Positions 53,158 through 63,637 of a stretch of 64,000 nucleotides of DNA are shown in pieces. Made by a program: the position numbers and the translations under genes. Each line of letters begins with the position of its first letter. The stretch's first letter is position 1. The notes beneath the pieces are model-generated. The model was not told where the DNA came from and did not search any database. It worked only from the letters and a program-made list of their open reading frames with translations. Origin of the DNA: a virus; the IMG/VR virus record IMGVR_UViG_3300023284_001318, positions 600 through 64,599 of that record; one strand, 5' to 3'.

Positions 53158-53892
53158 ATGCCGAAGCTCAATCAAGTGATAGCTATCGAAAAGGGGGTCA
53201 AGAGTCGGGCCTATGCCGAACTCACCGAGACCTATAAAGTCATTCAGAAACCCGATCTTTTTCAGGGGTTTGCCAAGACCTATAGGCCCAAGGACGAAGT
53301 TGGAGAAACCTACCCGCCAGAGCACAAGAAGGTTCAGTTTAACGTCGAGTCTATTCTCAAGAAGATCGCGGGGTCCCTTGGGGATGCTATGGACGTTGCA
53401 GTTCAGAAAGATTCTGCGAACATGGGGGCACACGGGGACCTGAGTGTAGAAGAGGGCGATCTAAAGATTGAGGAACTACCCGTGACGTTCCTCTTGTCTC
53501 TGGAAAAGCAGCTTGTCGATCTTAGGACCTTTGTTACCAAGTTGCCAGTGCTGGATGAAGTGGAAGATTGGTTTTCGGATCCGAACACGGATCTTTACAA
53601 GACCAATGCCATCTCCACTCACCGCACTAAAAAGACACAGACTCCGATTGTTCTCTACGATGCTACCAAGGAACATCCTGCTCAGACTCAAATAATTACT
53701 GAAGATATCTTGGTGGGGTATTGGGAGACCATCAAGCACAGTGGCGCAATGCCAGCTCCCAGACAAGGAATCATCTTGGGTCGTCTGGGTGCCTTGCTAA
53801 AGGCAGTGAAGTTTGCGAGAGAGAAGGCGAACGAGGTGGAAGCTCCCAGGGTATCTGTTGGGGACCGAATTTTTAACTATCTATTTGCTTAA
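53158..53892 (+). CDS. conserved protein resembling the DUF7873 family
   Basis: KLNQVIAIEKGVKS, YRPKDE.GE.YPPE, TFLL.LEKQL.DL, TKK, HPAQ, VKFAREKAN (recognised from memory). Confidence 0.75.
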   Translation: MPKLNQVIAIEKGVKSRAYAELTETYKVIQKPDLFQGFAKTYRPKDEVGETYPPEHKKVQFNVESILKKIAGSLGDAMDVAVQKDSANMGAHGDLSVEEGDLKIEELPVTFLLSLEKQLVDLRTFVTKLPVLDEVEDWFSDPNTDLYKTNAISTHRTKKTQTPIVLYDATKEHPAQTQIITEDILVGYWETIKHSGAMPAPRQGIILGRLGALLKAVKFAREKANEVEAPRVSVGDRIFNYLFA

Positions 53893-53940
53893 ATAGCTTG
53901 GGGAAGCTGAATCTCATGGTCAAACTGAACAAACGGACGT

Positions 53941-53998
53941 GTAGGTTCGAATCCTACCCCCGGCTTATATATGCCGGGGTGGCGGAATTGGCAGACGC
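53941..53998 (+). ncRNA. circularly permuted tRNA-like module 1 (T arm, closed acceptor stem, D arm)
   Basis: GTAGG-TTCGAAT-CCTAC, CCCCGGC-ttatatat-GCCGGGG, TG, GCGGAATTGGCAGACGC. Confidence 0.85.
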
Positions 53999-54089
53999 TT
54001 TAAGTCCGATCAAATTTAGATTATTCCCAAGAGACTCAGCATTGTTGCGGTTGTCGAATCGAGTTCCGTTGACAACTCTTGCGGTAGAC

Positions 54090-54144
54090 GTGGGTTCAAA
54101 TCCCTCTCGGGCCTCTATATGGCCCGATAGCTTAGAGGTAGAGC
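54090..54144 (+). ncRNA. circularly permuted tRNA-like module 2
   Basis: GTGGG-TTCAAAT-CCCTC, TCGGGCC-tctatat-GGCCCGA, TA, GCTTAGAGGTAGAGC. Confidence 0.85.
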
Positions 54145-54228
54145 GACTGCAATTAGATTTATGCAACGGATTAAATGTCATCGACAACTCAAATCGCAAC
54201 AGTATCGCGGAAGGCGGTACACCATGCG

Positions 54229-54268
54229 GGTAGGGGGGAATGGATACTCCCCCCTACCTATTTTTTTT
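54229..54268 (+). terminator. intrinsic terminator
   Basis: GGTAGGGGGGA/TCCCCCCTACC stem followed by a T run. Confidence 0.9.
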
Positions 54269-54273
54269 GATTT

Positions 54274-54453
54274 ATGGAAAACATCACAAAATATCTAATC
54301 GAGACGCTCGGCTTTAAAAAGGAAATCCTTGCTCTGCGGCTCAAGGCTAGTGTGCGAAGCATAGAGAGATGGCGGGATGGTGGAGCCCCTTTCCATTTTT
54401 ATCAGAGACAGCTTGAGCAGATATTAGAGAGGGAGAAGGGGAAGAGGGCATGA
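54274..54453 (+). CDS. small XRE-like HTH protein
   Basis: KEILALRLKASVRSIERWRDG. Confidence 0.55.
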   Translation: MENITKYLIETLGFKKEILALRLKASVRSIERWRDGGAPFHFYQRQLEQILEREKGKRA

Positions 54454-54802
54454 AGATAAAGGTTCGTTATAGTTTCAGTGTAGGTTCTGATCTTTTTAAA
54501 TATCGGGCAGCCTGTTGGGTTTGGTTCCCGCTGGAAGAATTATCTGGGTTTGGTACAGATAGTTTTGAAGAAGCGAAAACGGATCTTATTCGATTAGTCA
54601 AATTATGGATGCTCAAACCCAAGAATCCGCGACCAGAGAAAGTGATAGTGCTGTTATGATCGTCTCCGACCCCGGCTGGCACTACCACAAATGCCAATGC
54701 GACTACGAGTGTGATGTGACCAAGGGACCATGTACTTGCCGGGATACGGTTTGGACCTGTGAATATTGTACGGAAGGGAAGTGTCAAGAAAAATGAAGGA
54801 CT

Positions 54803-54922
54803 TGGCCCGCTGCGGCGTTCCAGCGTTGGGTAGCCCTCGCATAGGCTCAGACTACCTTCTGGAGTAGCAAGGTCGGGGTCTATGGCTGTTGGAGCCGGGT
54901 GGGGAATCCGGCCAGCGGGTCA
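54803..54922 (+). ncRNA. structured RNA element, copy 2
   Basis: TGGCCCGCTG...CAGCGGGTCA followed by GGATAA and an RBS. Confidence 0.6.
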
Positions 54923-54943
54923 GGATAATTAAAGGAGGTAGCT

Positions 54944-55660
54944 ATGTCAGAAGTAATAACGGCTAACATTGAGGATTTACTAGCTAGGTTACGAAATGAG
55001 AATCAGTCTTGCGAAGAAGCAAGTCCACGATCCAAAGAAACTTTTATCCCATGTGGCGCTCCTGCAGTCGCACTCGTAGACAATGGGGATTCCCGTCCTT
55101 ACTTCATGTGTTTTGGCTGTGCTGACCACAACGAGAAGAATCGGGGGGCAAAAATTCTAGGAACAAAGGACGCTATGTATCAAGTAAGAGGTGGCCAAAC
55201 AGTTTATAGTGAAACATTGGCCAGACCCTCTACCGACACCACCCTCAACCAACTCTTCTCTCAGTACGCCATTCTGAGTACGGACAAGGACCAGAAAGAA
55301 ATGGAGTTAGATGCCATAGATGCAGCTATTACTGATCTTAATGCTCAGATTATTCCACTTATGGTAGAGCTGGAATTTCAATCTATTGATTATAATGGCG
55401 AGAAGTATTATCTGGCTGTGCCAGAGAGGCCCTCTATAATTCCGGAAACTCGGGACGATTTTATGGTGTGGCTCGAAGCAAACGGTGAATACGGTATTGT
55501 GCAGACGACTTACGTCAACAGTAATACCTTGTGGTCCTGGCGAAATAATTTGGACGAAGTCAAGAAAGAGGCATTGGCAGCATTGGGATATTTGAAAATC
55601 AGTGAAGATATTCAACTGCGTAGGTCGAAGGGGTACAAGAGGACTAGGAAGAAGAAATAA
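54944..55660 (+). CDS. phage recombination-module protein (N-terminal Cys motif, coiled coil)
   Basis: coiled coil then WLEANGE.GIV...VN.NTL..W. Confidence 0.5.
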   Translation: MSEVITANIEDLLARLRNENQSCEEASPRSKETFIPCGAPAVALVDNGDSRPYFMCFGCADHNEKNRGAKILGTKDAMYQVRGGQTVYSETLARPSTDTTLNQLFSQYAILSTDKDQKEMELDAIDAAITDLNAQIIPLMVELEFQSIDYNGEKYYLAVPERPSIIPETRDDFMVWLEANGEYGIVQTTYVNSNTLWSWRNNLDEVKKEALAALGYLKISEDIQLRRSKGYKRTRKKK

Positions 55661-55666
55661 CCAACT

Positions 55667-55734
55667 TGACCCGCTGCGCTGGTGCTGGTCTGAGGATTGA
55701 AAAGACTGGAATGAGGCCACTGGCCGGCGGGTCA
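55667..55734 (+). ncRNA. structured RNA element, copy 3
   Basis: TGACCCGCTG...CGGCGGGTCA followed by GGATAA and an RBS. Confidence 0.6.
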
Positions 55735-55759
55735 GGATAACAAAGGGAGGGACTCGGGG

Positions 55760-56323
55760 ATGGCTGAAATAAAGATACCGTTTGAATTAGGTTCTACTTT
55801 GTGGTGGACCGGAAGTGGTTACAGGGAAGAATGGATCGAATGCTCCGAATGTGTGGGAAGTAAGGCAATTACGATGATTCAAGGGAACGGAACGGAGGTT
55901 TCCATTGCCTGTGCGTGTTGCTCCCATGGGATGGAGCGTCCGTCTGGTTCTGTTAAGCGTATATTTTATGAACACAGCCCGATGCTTTTTGTACCTAAAC
56001 GTGTCCGTGTTGACGGAGGAGAGATTATGTATTCCTCTGCATCACCGGGGGCTAATGCTTACAGTTCCATTGATGCCACTGCCCTTTTTGCCTCAAAAGA
56101 AGAATGCGAAGCTCGGTGCAAGGAATTAAACCTAGAGCGCACTAAATATGAGGAGGAACGTGCGGTTGCTAACCTAGCACCAAAGCGACGTGACATGGCA
56201 TGGTCGGCGCACTATTGGGGGAGGCAAGTCAAGCGACTAGAGGAAGAGTTGATAACGTGCCGAGCGCGACTCGCTGTGTGCAAAACAAGAGATGAGAAGA
56301 AAAAAGAAAGTGTTGACATATGA
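55760..56323 (+). CDS. zinc-finger hypothetical protein
   Basis: CSECVG...CACC. Confidence 0.6.
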   Translation: MAEIKIPFELGSTLWWTGSGYREEWIECSECVGSKAITMIQGNGTEVSIACACCSHGMERPSGSVKRIFYEHSPMLFVPKRVRVDGGEIMYSSASPGANAYSSIDATALFASKEECEARCKELNLERTKYEEERAVANLAPKRRDMAWSAHYWGRQVKRLEEELITCRARLAVCKTRDEKKKESVDI

Positions 56324-57337
56324 GTGCCTGCGGCTGCACATGCCACACAGATGAGTACCCGAGATATGCCGATACTTGCGGAGTGGTCGTGTGCCTCGAT
56401 TGCAAGACCGAGCCTTGCGAGACGGTGTTGGAGGAGCAGAGGATGGAGAATGATAAGGAGGACTAATGGGCTACTTCATTTTATACCTTATTTTTCATTT
56501 AAGCTGCGCTGTGCTTAGTGCTGGGATGGTATTTGCCTATGTTCAAAAAGAATGGTCTTCATTGGCCAAAGAAGAGTACCGACAAGATTTATCAAAATCT
56601 TGGGGAATAAGTTTAATCGGTGGACCGATATCCCTGGCTGTTGCTTTCTTTATGACTGGTTTTGTGGAACATGGTTTTAAATGGCGGTAACGGATAAGAA
56701 GGAGGGGTGATTATGATTAAAAATGTCGTTCTTACTGTTATTGCTATCGGCAGTATTCTATTCGGTGTAGCAGTGCTGTTGAGTCCTATTAGCTACGGAG
56801 AATATTATTGGAGTTATAAAAACGGATGGTATCCTAAGCAAACGAAATTTGAACAGGGAATGACTTTATACCCGCATCAATCAGCAGGGATACCAATGAT
56901 TTTTCAAATTCCAAAGGGTTCGACATTGTGTTTTGAGCCAGATCCCAATGTATCACGAGAACTATGGTGTAAGGAGGACTAATCATGGTCTGGCCTTGCT
57001 GGCATAGATGGGCAAAGTGGGAGGTATATGAAAAACGGTATGACTACTATCCTGGTACGAGTGCTCCTCTGAATATACAAGGCAAACAATTAGCGTGTTC
57101 GGATTTAAGACAGAAGCGTAATTGTGAGAAATGTGGTAGAAGGCAAGACGAATTAATCACGGAAGGAGCATAATCATGGACTGCGTTCAGTGTCATAGAC
57201 GGCCAGCTCCGTTGGGGCAAGCAGCGTGTAGCTTTTGTTGGGGATGTGCGATTGCCATGGCTTATACTCCGGTAATGGCTTTGCTTATTTTTGGCGTTTT
57301 ATATCTACTTGGAGTCTTCTAAGAAAGGAGCCTAACC

Positions 57338-58240
57338 ATGGCAACTAAAGACAAAGAATTAACTACGCAGCAACACCCATTGTCAGTACCAGGCAATGAA
57401 GCCCCCCAACTTCCGGTGATCCCGGATCCGAAAGAGTTTGAGACGATGATTAGGGATGCCCTAGAGGGATTCGTGCCATCGTTTGAGGTTATCAAGATAC
57501 CTACTGGAGGTAGTCTTGTGTGGTCTATTCCTGGAAGTGAAGAGCCAATAATGGCAAAAGAGTTCCAGGGGGTAATCATAGATCATTTCCCAACCCGTGT
57601 ATACTGGCCCGGGGATTATGAGGGGGGTAATAGTCCACCGGATTGCTCTAGTCTCGATGCGAGGACAGGCACTAAATATGGGCAATGTAAAGAGTGTGAG
57701 TTTTCACAGTGGGGATCAGGCAAGGAAGAGAGGGGGCAAGCCTGTAAGTTAGTTCATAGGGTATATGTGTTATTAGCAAACAGCGAATCGATTTTCCCGT
57801 TTCTCATCCCATTCCCACCTACCTCTGCTCCCGAAAGAGGTGGCTATGAGGGCTGTCTGCCTACTTACTTAGTAAACAAAATATTAGGTAGACTTAAAAA
57901 GCCCTCTGAGGTTTGGACAAAGTTTAGGCTTATTGAGGGTATTAATCCTAAAAAGATTAAATACTCTAAGGTGGCCTGTTTTTTAGGAGCTGACTTAACG
58001 GAAACGGAAAAAAAGACAGCAGCCTTTCTTAAACAGCACCTCAAGACGGCTATGCGAGAAAAATCGTTCGAGACTGCTGAATATGAGACAGGGAAGAATG
58101 GGGAAGAGACTCGGGGCGCTGAGCACCGAGAGCCGCAGGTAGCGAGAGAGAGTCAGTTGCGTGCTGACATGAGAGAGGCGGATAGACAAGAGGCGGCAGG
58201 GACGTTGGGGCAGGGAGGGAAGGATCCATGGGACAAATAA
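57338..58240 (+). CDS. phage single-stranded DNA-binding protein (putative)
   Basis: FQGVII....RVYW...Y...NSPPDCSS.D...G....C..C..SQWGS...GQACK. Confidence 0.6.
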   Translation: MATKDKELTTQQHPLSVPGNEAPQLPVIPDPKEFETMIRDALEGFVPSFEVIKIPTGGSLVWSIPGSEEPIMAKEFQGVIIDHFPTRVYWPGDYEGGNSPPDCSSLDARTGTKYGQCKECEFSQWGSGKEERGQACKLVHRVYVLLANSESIFPFLIPFPPTSAPERGGYEGCLPTYLVNKILGRLKKPSEVWTKFRLIEGINPKKIKYSKVACFLGADLTETEKKTAAFLKQHLKTAMREKSFETAEYETGKNGEETRGAEHREPQVARESQLRADMREADRQEAAGTLGQGGKDPWDK

Positions 58241-59587
58241 TTTGGTGCGCCCGATGAACAAACATCTTGAACTAAAGCCTCGGCGTTTTAAAGACAACGA
58301 TGCTTGGTGGTACGAGGAATCAAAAGGAATATGTATTGTTCTAGGGGATAAAATAGAAAAACACAAGTTTTTAAACATACGATGGTCAACCATTCGAGCT
58401 GCGTTGGCAAGAAAAGACAGGAGCCTATGATGCAAAGGCGCTGCGATTGTGACGAAGGTGTTTTTACGAAGGATGGTAAGGAGATTATTATTGGATTAAA
58501 TGTTCACGATTGTCAATATATTGCTCAACGCAACGCATTGATTCCTGAAGCGATGAGTGCAGCCAATAATAAGCACAAAATCAGAGACTCGAAAACAGAG
58601 CCGTCGTGGTGGGATGGTAAGCCTGTAAAAATCAATCTGTGGTCACGGGAATTCTTGGCTCAGATGGATAAGATGGCACGTAACTTGGAATAGATAGCTA
58701 TGGATGGGATTGATATATCTTTCACGATCTTAGCGATCACTATTATGATATTTCTCTTTATGGGCGAGCCAGATATTTTTGATTTGCTTCATGCGTATCT
58801 CGTTAGGGTCTTGAGTGAAGGAATACCATGACCTGTCGCGCCCACTACCTTATCTCATGCCTCTTGGACGAGATGGATGATGAGGAGAGGTTCACGGACT
58901 GGGAGCGCGGTTTTATAGAAAGCATAGCGAAGCAGATTGAGAGGAAGACAGAGGCTACGCTGAGCGAGCTGCAGGAAGAGAAACTAGAAGATATATGGAG
59001 GAAGTAACCATGCCCCCTAAACTCACTTTGTACACCCTCTGTGCCGCTATAATGATACTGGCCTTTGTAGTCGGATGGAATGCCAACACTATCAATCGGT
59101 TGACGGATCTACTCATTCAGCAGAGTACAATTAATAAAGAGGTAGTTGGTACGCTGGTTGATCAAGGGGTGTTGAACCAAGATCAGGATGAATTCAACGG
59201 CAAGGTACTCAAGACGTTTGGGGTGATATTAAGATGAAGAAGCCGCTGAATGAAATGACCATTGAAGAGCTAGATGAACATTGGCAAAAAGAGATTGAGG
59301 AGGGCGCTAGCCAACAATCTGAGATAAATCGTCGTCTTTTAACTCGCACAAGAGAGACTGTTCTTCTCTTGAAAAGAATATGCCAACACTTAGGGCTCAG
59401 CGAAGATACTACGGATATCAGGCATGAAACATAGAGCCATAATTCTTCTATTCTGGTATTTCCTTGCTTACGATGGTGGTTGGTATGCTGGATTTTTAGA
59501 AACAGTTGGACCTTTCCAGCAGAAATCACAATGCGAGACAATGAAATCTAAGGTAGCTTCATTGTTTAGGGTAGAGTGGGTAAGTGA

Positions 59588-61009
59588 TTGTTGGCGAGCG
59601 GAATAATGCCCACCCCCTTTGAACATCAAAAAGAGATGCTGGCCTTCCATGCCGCGTCTCCTAATACCCTGGATAACTCGGAGGTGGGTACAGGGAAAAC
59701 TGCGCCAGTAGTGACTTGGCTAAGAAAAAAAGCAACAGTTGATAATCCTGCTCTTGTCGTTTGCCCTAACTCAATACTCGATAATTGGGTTAAGGAAATT
59801 GAAACTTGGTCTTATTTACACTGTACTGTCCTTCGTGGCACAAAACAAAGACGGCTTGATTTGCTTGCACAGCCCACTCAGGTCTATCTAATCAACTACG
59901 AAGGTGTCCGTGTTATCCACAAAGAGCTAATGGCCAAGGGCTTCGATGCCGTCATAGCGGACGAAATCCATCACGTCAAGGCTTACAAGGGCAGCTACTC
60001 TAAGCCAACTCAATCCTTCCTAGTTAGAGAGCTAGGCCGTACTGCTACCTACACCAAGGGCATGACTGGAACCTTAATTACTAATGGCCTGGAAGATGCT
60101 TGGGCTATCGGAAGATTTATCGACCCAATGATTTTCCAGCAAAACGGTAAACCCTTGAATTTCTGGGGCTACCGTAATAAATATCTTCATGATGCCAACG
60201 CTGGCAAGTCCTGGATGAAATGGCCAGACATGAAGCCAAGACCAGGGGCCGTTGAGGAAATCAAAAAACTCCTTGCACCTTATACGATCCGCTTTGAGAA
60301 AAAGGATGTCCTCAAGTGGCTTCCCCCTGTGTTGTTTCAAAAGCGAATGGTCGAGCTAACGGATGAGCAAAAAAGAGCACTCCGCGATCTTAAGCACCAT
60401 TATCTGACTGAACTTAATGATGGCCACATTCTGACTGCCGCTCATATCGGACCACGAATTCAGAAAATGCTAGAGATAGAGAATGGGTTTGTGTATCGAG
60501 AGGGGGAAGAGACCTATAGGTTTAAACAGAATCCTAAGCTCAAAGAATTGAAAATCTTACTTGAGGAAATAGGGGATCAGAGAGTAGTTATCTGGGCGAC
60601 GTTTAAGGAAGAAGTTGAGATGATTTGGAACTTTCTTTCCATGTTAGTTCAATCTTCTGTAATAGCAAAGCTAGTTGGAGATACACCATTTGACGAGAGA
60701 CAGGATATTGTTAATATTTTCAACGCCAATAATTACCGATATCTCATCACCAACGCCGCTGTCGGCGGTGAGGGCATCACCTTGCTTTGCCCTTATGCCA
60801 TTTATTACAGCCGAGGCTGGAAGCTAATCCACCGACTTCAATCTCTTGGCCGGCATGACAGGCCAGGTGCAGAAATATTCGATAACTTGACAATGATTGA
60901 TATTGTGGCTCAGGGCGAGTGGGATGAGAAGGTGTGGACTAGCTTGGAGAATAAAGAGGACTTGTTGAAGAGTATCACGCCCGAAGTTTTCAGAAAGATG
61001 ATTCAATGA
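59588..61009 (+). CDS. SNF2-family helicase
   Basis: EVGTGKT, DEIHH, TGT, GGEGITL, QSLGRHDRPG. Confidence 0.9.
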   Translation: MLASGIMPTPFEHQKEMLAFHAASPNTLDNSEVGTGKTAPVVTWLRKKATVDNPALVVCPNSILDNWVKEIETWSYLHCTVLRGTKQRRLDLLAQPTQVYLINYEGVRVIHKELMAKGFDAVIADEIHHVKAYKGSYSKPTQSFLVRELGRTATYTKGMTGTLITNGLEDAWAIGRFIDPMIFQQNGKPLNFWGYRNKYLHDANAGKSWMKWPDMKPRPGAVEEIKKLLAPYTIRFEKKDVLKWLPPVLFQKRMVELTDEQKRALRDLKHHYLTELNDGHILTAAHIGPRIQKMLEIENGFVYREGEETYRFKQNPKLKELKILLEEIGDQRVVIWATFKEEVEMIWNFLSMLVQSSVIAKLVGDTPFDERQDIVNIFNANNYRYLITNAAVGGEGITLLCPYAIYYSRGWKLIHRLQSLGRHDRPGAEIFDNLTMIDIVAQGEWDEKVWTSLENKEDLLKSITPEVFRKMIQ

Positions 61010-62203
61010 TTATCGGTCGGCGTTTATCGAACAAAGCCCACTTATTAGAAGACAGTAGCAGTGGGCAATATCGAAGTCTTTGCGGGAAAGATGTTGCGCA
61101 TAAAGGTGGATTCAAATTAGAACGGCAAACCTGTGGTGCAGAGTTTACTCTTTGTCGGCTTTGCCTGAAATTACATAAAACGTTGTACAAGATGGGCATC
61201 TATGAATAGTGACACCCGCGAATATAGATTGGAGAATGATTCAATGATTTGCTTGAAATGCGGTGCTATGGCCGTCCCACGCTCTGATATGTGCCATGCT
61301 CACGGTGGAAAACCGAACGATTGGGATAAAGAATGCGAATTTGGGGAGATCCACGAAAACGGTGAGCCATGCAGGTGGTGCGACAATTCGGAGGGAGGGT
61401 ATTGACCAATATCCGCAAAGGAGAAACTATGAGCGAACACACCCATTGCTGGCACATTTATAGGGGACCATTTATGATGGTCCTTTCCGATGGCCACATT
61501 CTTCAAAAATGTTGTAGTTGTGAAGAAACAAGAACCATTCATGCTGATCATGCCGCAAGATAGAGAAGTAGACTGGCGCACCTGCCCGACCTGCGGAGAA
61601 GAACATCCATGGCGGATGGATTCGCCTAAAGTTTTTGTTGTGTGTCGCGTTTGTGCTGTGAAAGATGCTGCAAAGACAGCCGTAGCCCTTGCTAACGCCG
61701 GTCATGGTACAGGGTTTGGGAATCAAGGGGGGAAGAGATGAACATGATAACTATACCTCATGTGTTTGATCGGTATATTCTTAATCGCGAACCAGCAAGT
61801 CCCACCTGCACCCGCTGCCTTGAGCCCAACAGGATAACCCATCGGGCCATATCCGATGAAATGGATATGAGGATCTGCTTTAACTGTGCCTTGGAGGCCT
61901 GGAAGTGCATGGGGCCTCTCGGGCGGATTACGTTGGAGGTGGTGGAGTGATGCGCTGTTGGATGACCTGTCTTTGGATATTTCTCATTCTTATTAAGGTC
62001 TATGAAATTGGAGACGGTAGATGTGCTGCTGGTATTACTGAATTCAGTAATTGCGGATCACGGATAGAGAAGGCCGATTTCTCAAAGCCCTACGACTACA
62101 TTAGATATGGAGCATACCAGACTCAATATTGGATAGAGGTCTGGACAAACTATCCCGAGAAGAACGGCGAATTAATAACAAGAATGACATGGAGGCCGTG
62201 TTT

Positions 62204-62551
62204 ATGACCCACGACGAGATAGACAAGCTAGAAGCTGGCCCTGAGATGGATGTTCTTGTAGCGGAGAGGGTGATGAGATGGGAGCAAAGCATGGTAAGCC
62301 CTTGTAACTTTTTAGGGGAAACGGGAGTTATTCTAGGATTTAAGCCATCAAAGGATATCTCCTCCGCATGGGAGGTCCTACTCAAGATGCACGCTAACGG
62401 CTACGACTGGGGCATAGACGCAGACGAGGTTTACTTTCAAAAGGGCGACAACACCGCACCTGACTTTCGTTGTGGCACAGCGTTGAACTTTGGGATTGAG
62501 AAGATGCCTTTTGCGATCTGCAAGGCGGCATTGAAGGCAGTATCAGCATGA
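62204..62551 (+). CDS. phage ABA-sandwich-like protein (paralogue of 6457-6963)
   Basis: AGPEMDVLVAERVM...PSKDISSAWEVL...AICKAALK. Confidence 0.7.
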   Translation: MTHDEIDKLEAGPEMDVLVAERVMRWEQSMVSPCNFLGETGVILGFKPSKDISSAWEVLLKMHANGYDWGIDADEVYFQKGDNTAPDFRCGTALNFGIEKMPFAICKAALKAVSA

Positions 62552-62725
62552 TCGCCCTTCGCAAACATGACCGTGTGCCTGGCCGCTGGAAAAGCTTCTG
62601 GCGCCGTATATGGCGACCGAAGCCCAAGGAGTTGACACCTATGCAGGCGTTTATTCGTAACTCGATATTGACATGGCAGGAGAGGAAGGATAGTGGCAGA
62701 TAAGATAACTTTATAGGAGGATTGT

Positions 62726-63421
62726 ATGGACGGATTATGGACGGAATATGATGTAGTATGGACCTTTGTAAGAAAATTATGTGGGTCTGTACCTGGAAAT
62801 CCAGATTTATTAGAAACGGTTTTGAAGGCCCGAGCACCAAAGGTAAGACCCCCTGGCGGAAAAAGCATTCCTGAAATTCAGGAAGAAATAATCGCTACCT
62901 TAGAAGAAGGCGAAGAAGAGCCTGCCGTTAATGTTTTCCAAAAAGTAAACGGTTCTGTGGTCATGCGATCAGATAGCGTTAGGGCGCATATTAAAGAATG
63001 TGCCCGAATTGTTACTTGGCATTATGTGGGGTATGTTCAAGGCGAAAAGTCCCTGACAGCCCGAACAAAAAACTGTGTGTATGTAGGCGATTCTGACAAT
63101 TACTTCATACCGATTTTGCGGCCAGACGGTAAATTAGTCTCAGACCATGATGGGCGAATAACTAAACCCATGCACAGTACGGATCAAAGGGGTCGGCCAG
63201 TTAATGCTATTAAGACATTCGAGTGGGTAGAACCAGCAAGGCTCGATTTTCATCTTAAAGTATTTGGTGGAGCGGTTAAACTGGATGATCTTAAAACTAT
63301 CATGGAATATGGTAGCGTTCATGGATTTGGCGGTGAGAGGTCGGCAGGGGAGGGGAAATATATCTTTAAAATCATTGAAAGGAGAAATGACCATGGCAGA
63401 AAAACAGCGAAAAAGGCTTAG
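62726..63421 (+). CDS. solitary Cas7-like RAMP (RRM-fold) protein
   Basis: N-terminal strand YDVVWTFVRKLCGS.P, helix SDSVRAHIKECAR, thumb-like hairpin, C-terminal G-rich loop YGSVHGFGGERSAGEGKY. Confidence 0.8.
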   Translation: MDGLWTEYDVVWTFVRKLCGSVPGNPDLLETVLKARAPKVRPPGGKSIPEIQEEIIATLEEGEEEPAVNVFQKVNGSVVMRSDSVRAHIKECARIVTWHYVGYVQGEKSLTARTKNCVYVGDSDNYFIPILRPDGKLVSDHDGRITKPMHSTDQRGRPVNAIKTFEWVEPARLDFHLKVFGGAVKLDDLKTIMEYGSVHGFGGERSAGEGKYIFKIIERRNDHGRKTAKKA

Positions 63422-63635
63422 GACTATTTCAGAGATTAGTGAGGCTTATGAGGATCTCTACAATAAACAAATGGTTGGCGACATTGACTCTAAAGCGGTC
63501 GACGGCATCAACACAACACTTAAAGGTGTTACCTACCTGAATGCAAAATTGAAGATGGACGCTGCTAAGTTGGTGCTTCAGGCTAGGATTAAAAAAATCA
63601 GCTTGCCGGACAATTTGCTGCCAGATATCAGTTGA
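63393..63635 (+). CDS. 80-aa helical protein between the RAMP gene and the array
   Basis: AGGAGA RBS; overlaps the 3' end of the RAMP gene. Confidence 0.65.
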   Translation: MAEKQRKRLRTISEISEAYEDLYNKQMVGDIDSKAVDGINTTLKGVTYLNAKLKMDAAKLVLQARIKKISLPDNLLPDIS

Positions 63636-63637
63636 GT

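Noticed and set aside
53973-54113. A conventional or intron-containing tRNA from 5' half 1 to 3' half 2
   Set aside because: GCCGGGG cannot pair with TCGGGCC; each acceptor strand pairs only with its upstream partner; no anticodon arm or CCA.
53898-54233. ORFs over the tRNA-like region
   Set aside because: No RBS support; the sequence is explained by RNA structure.
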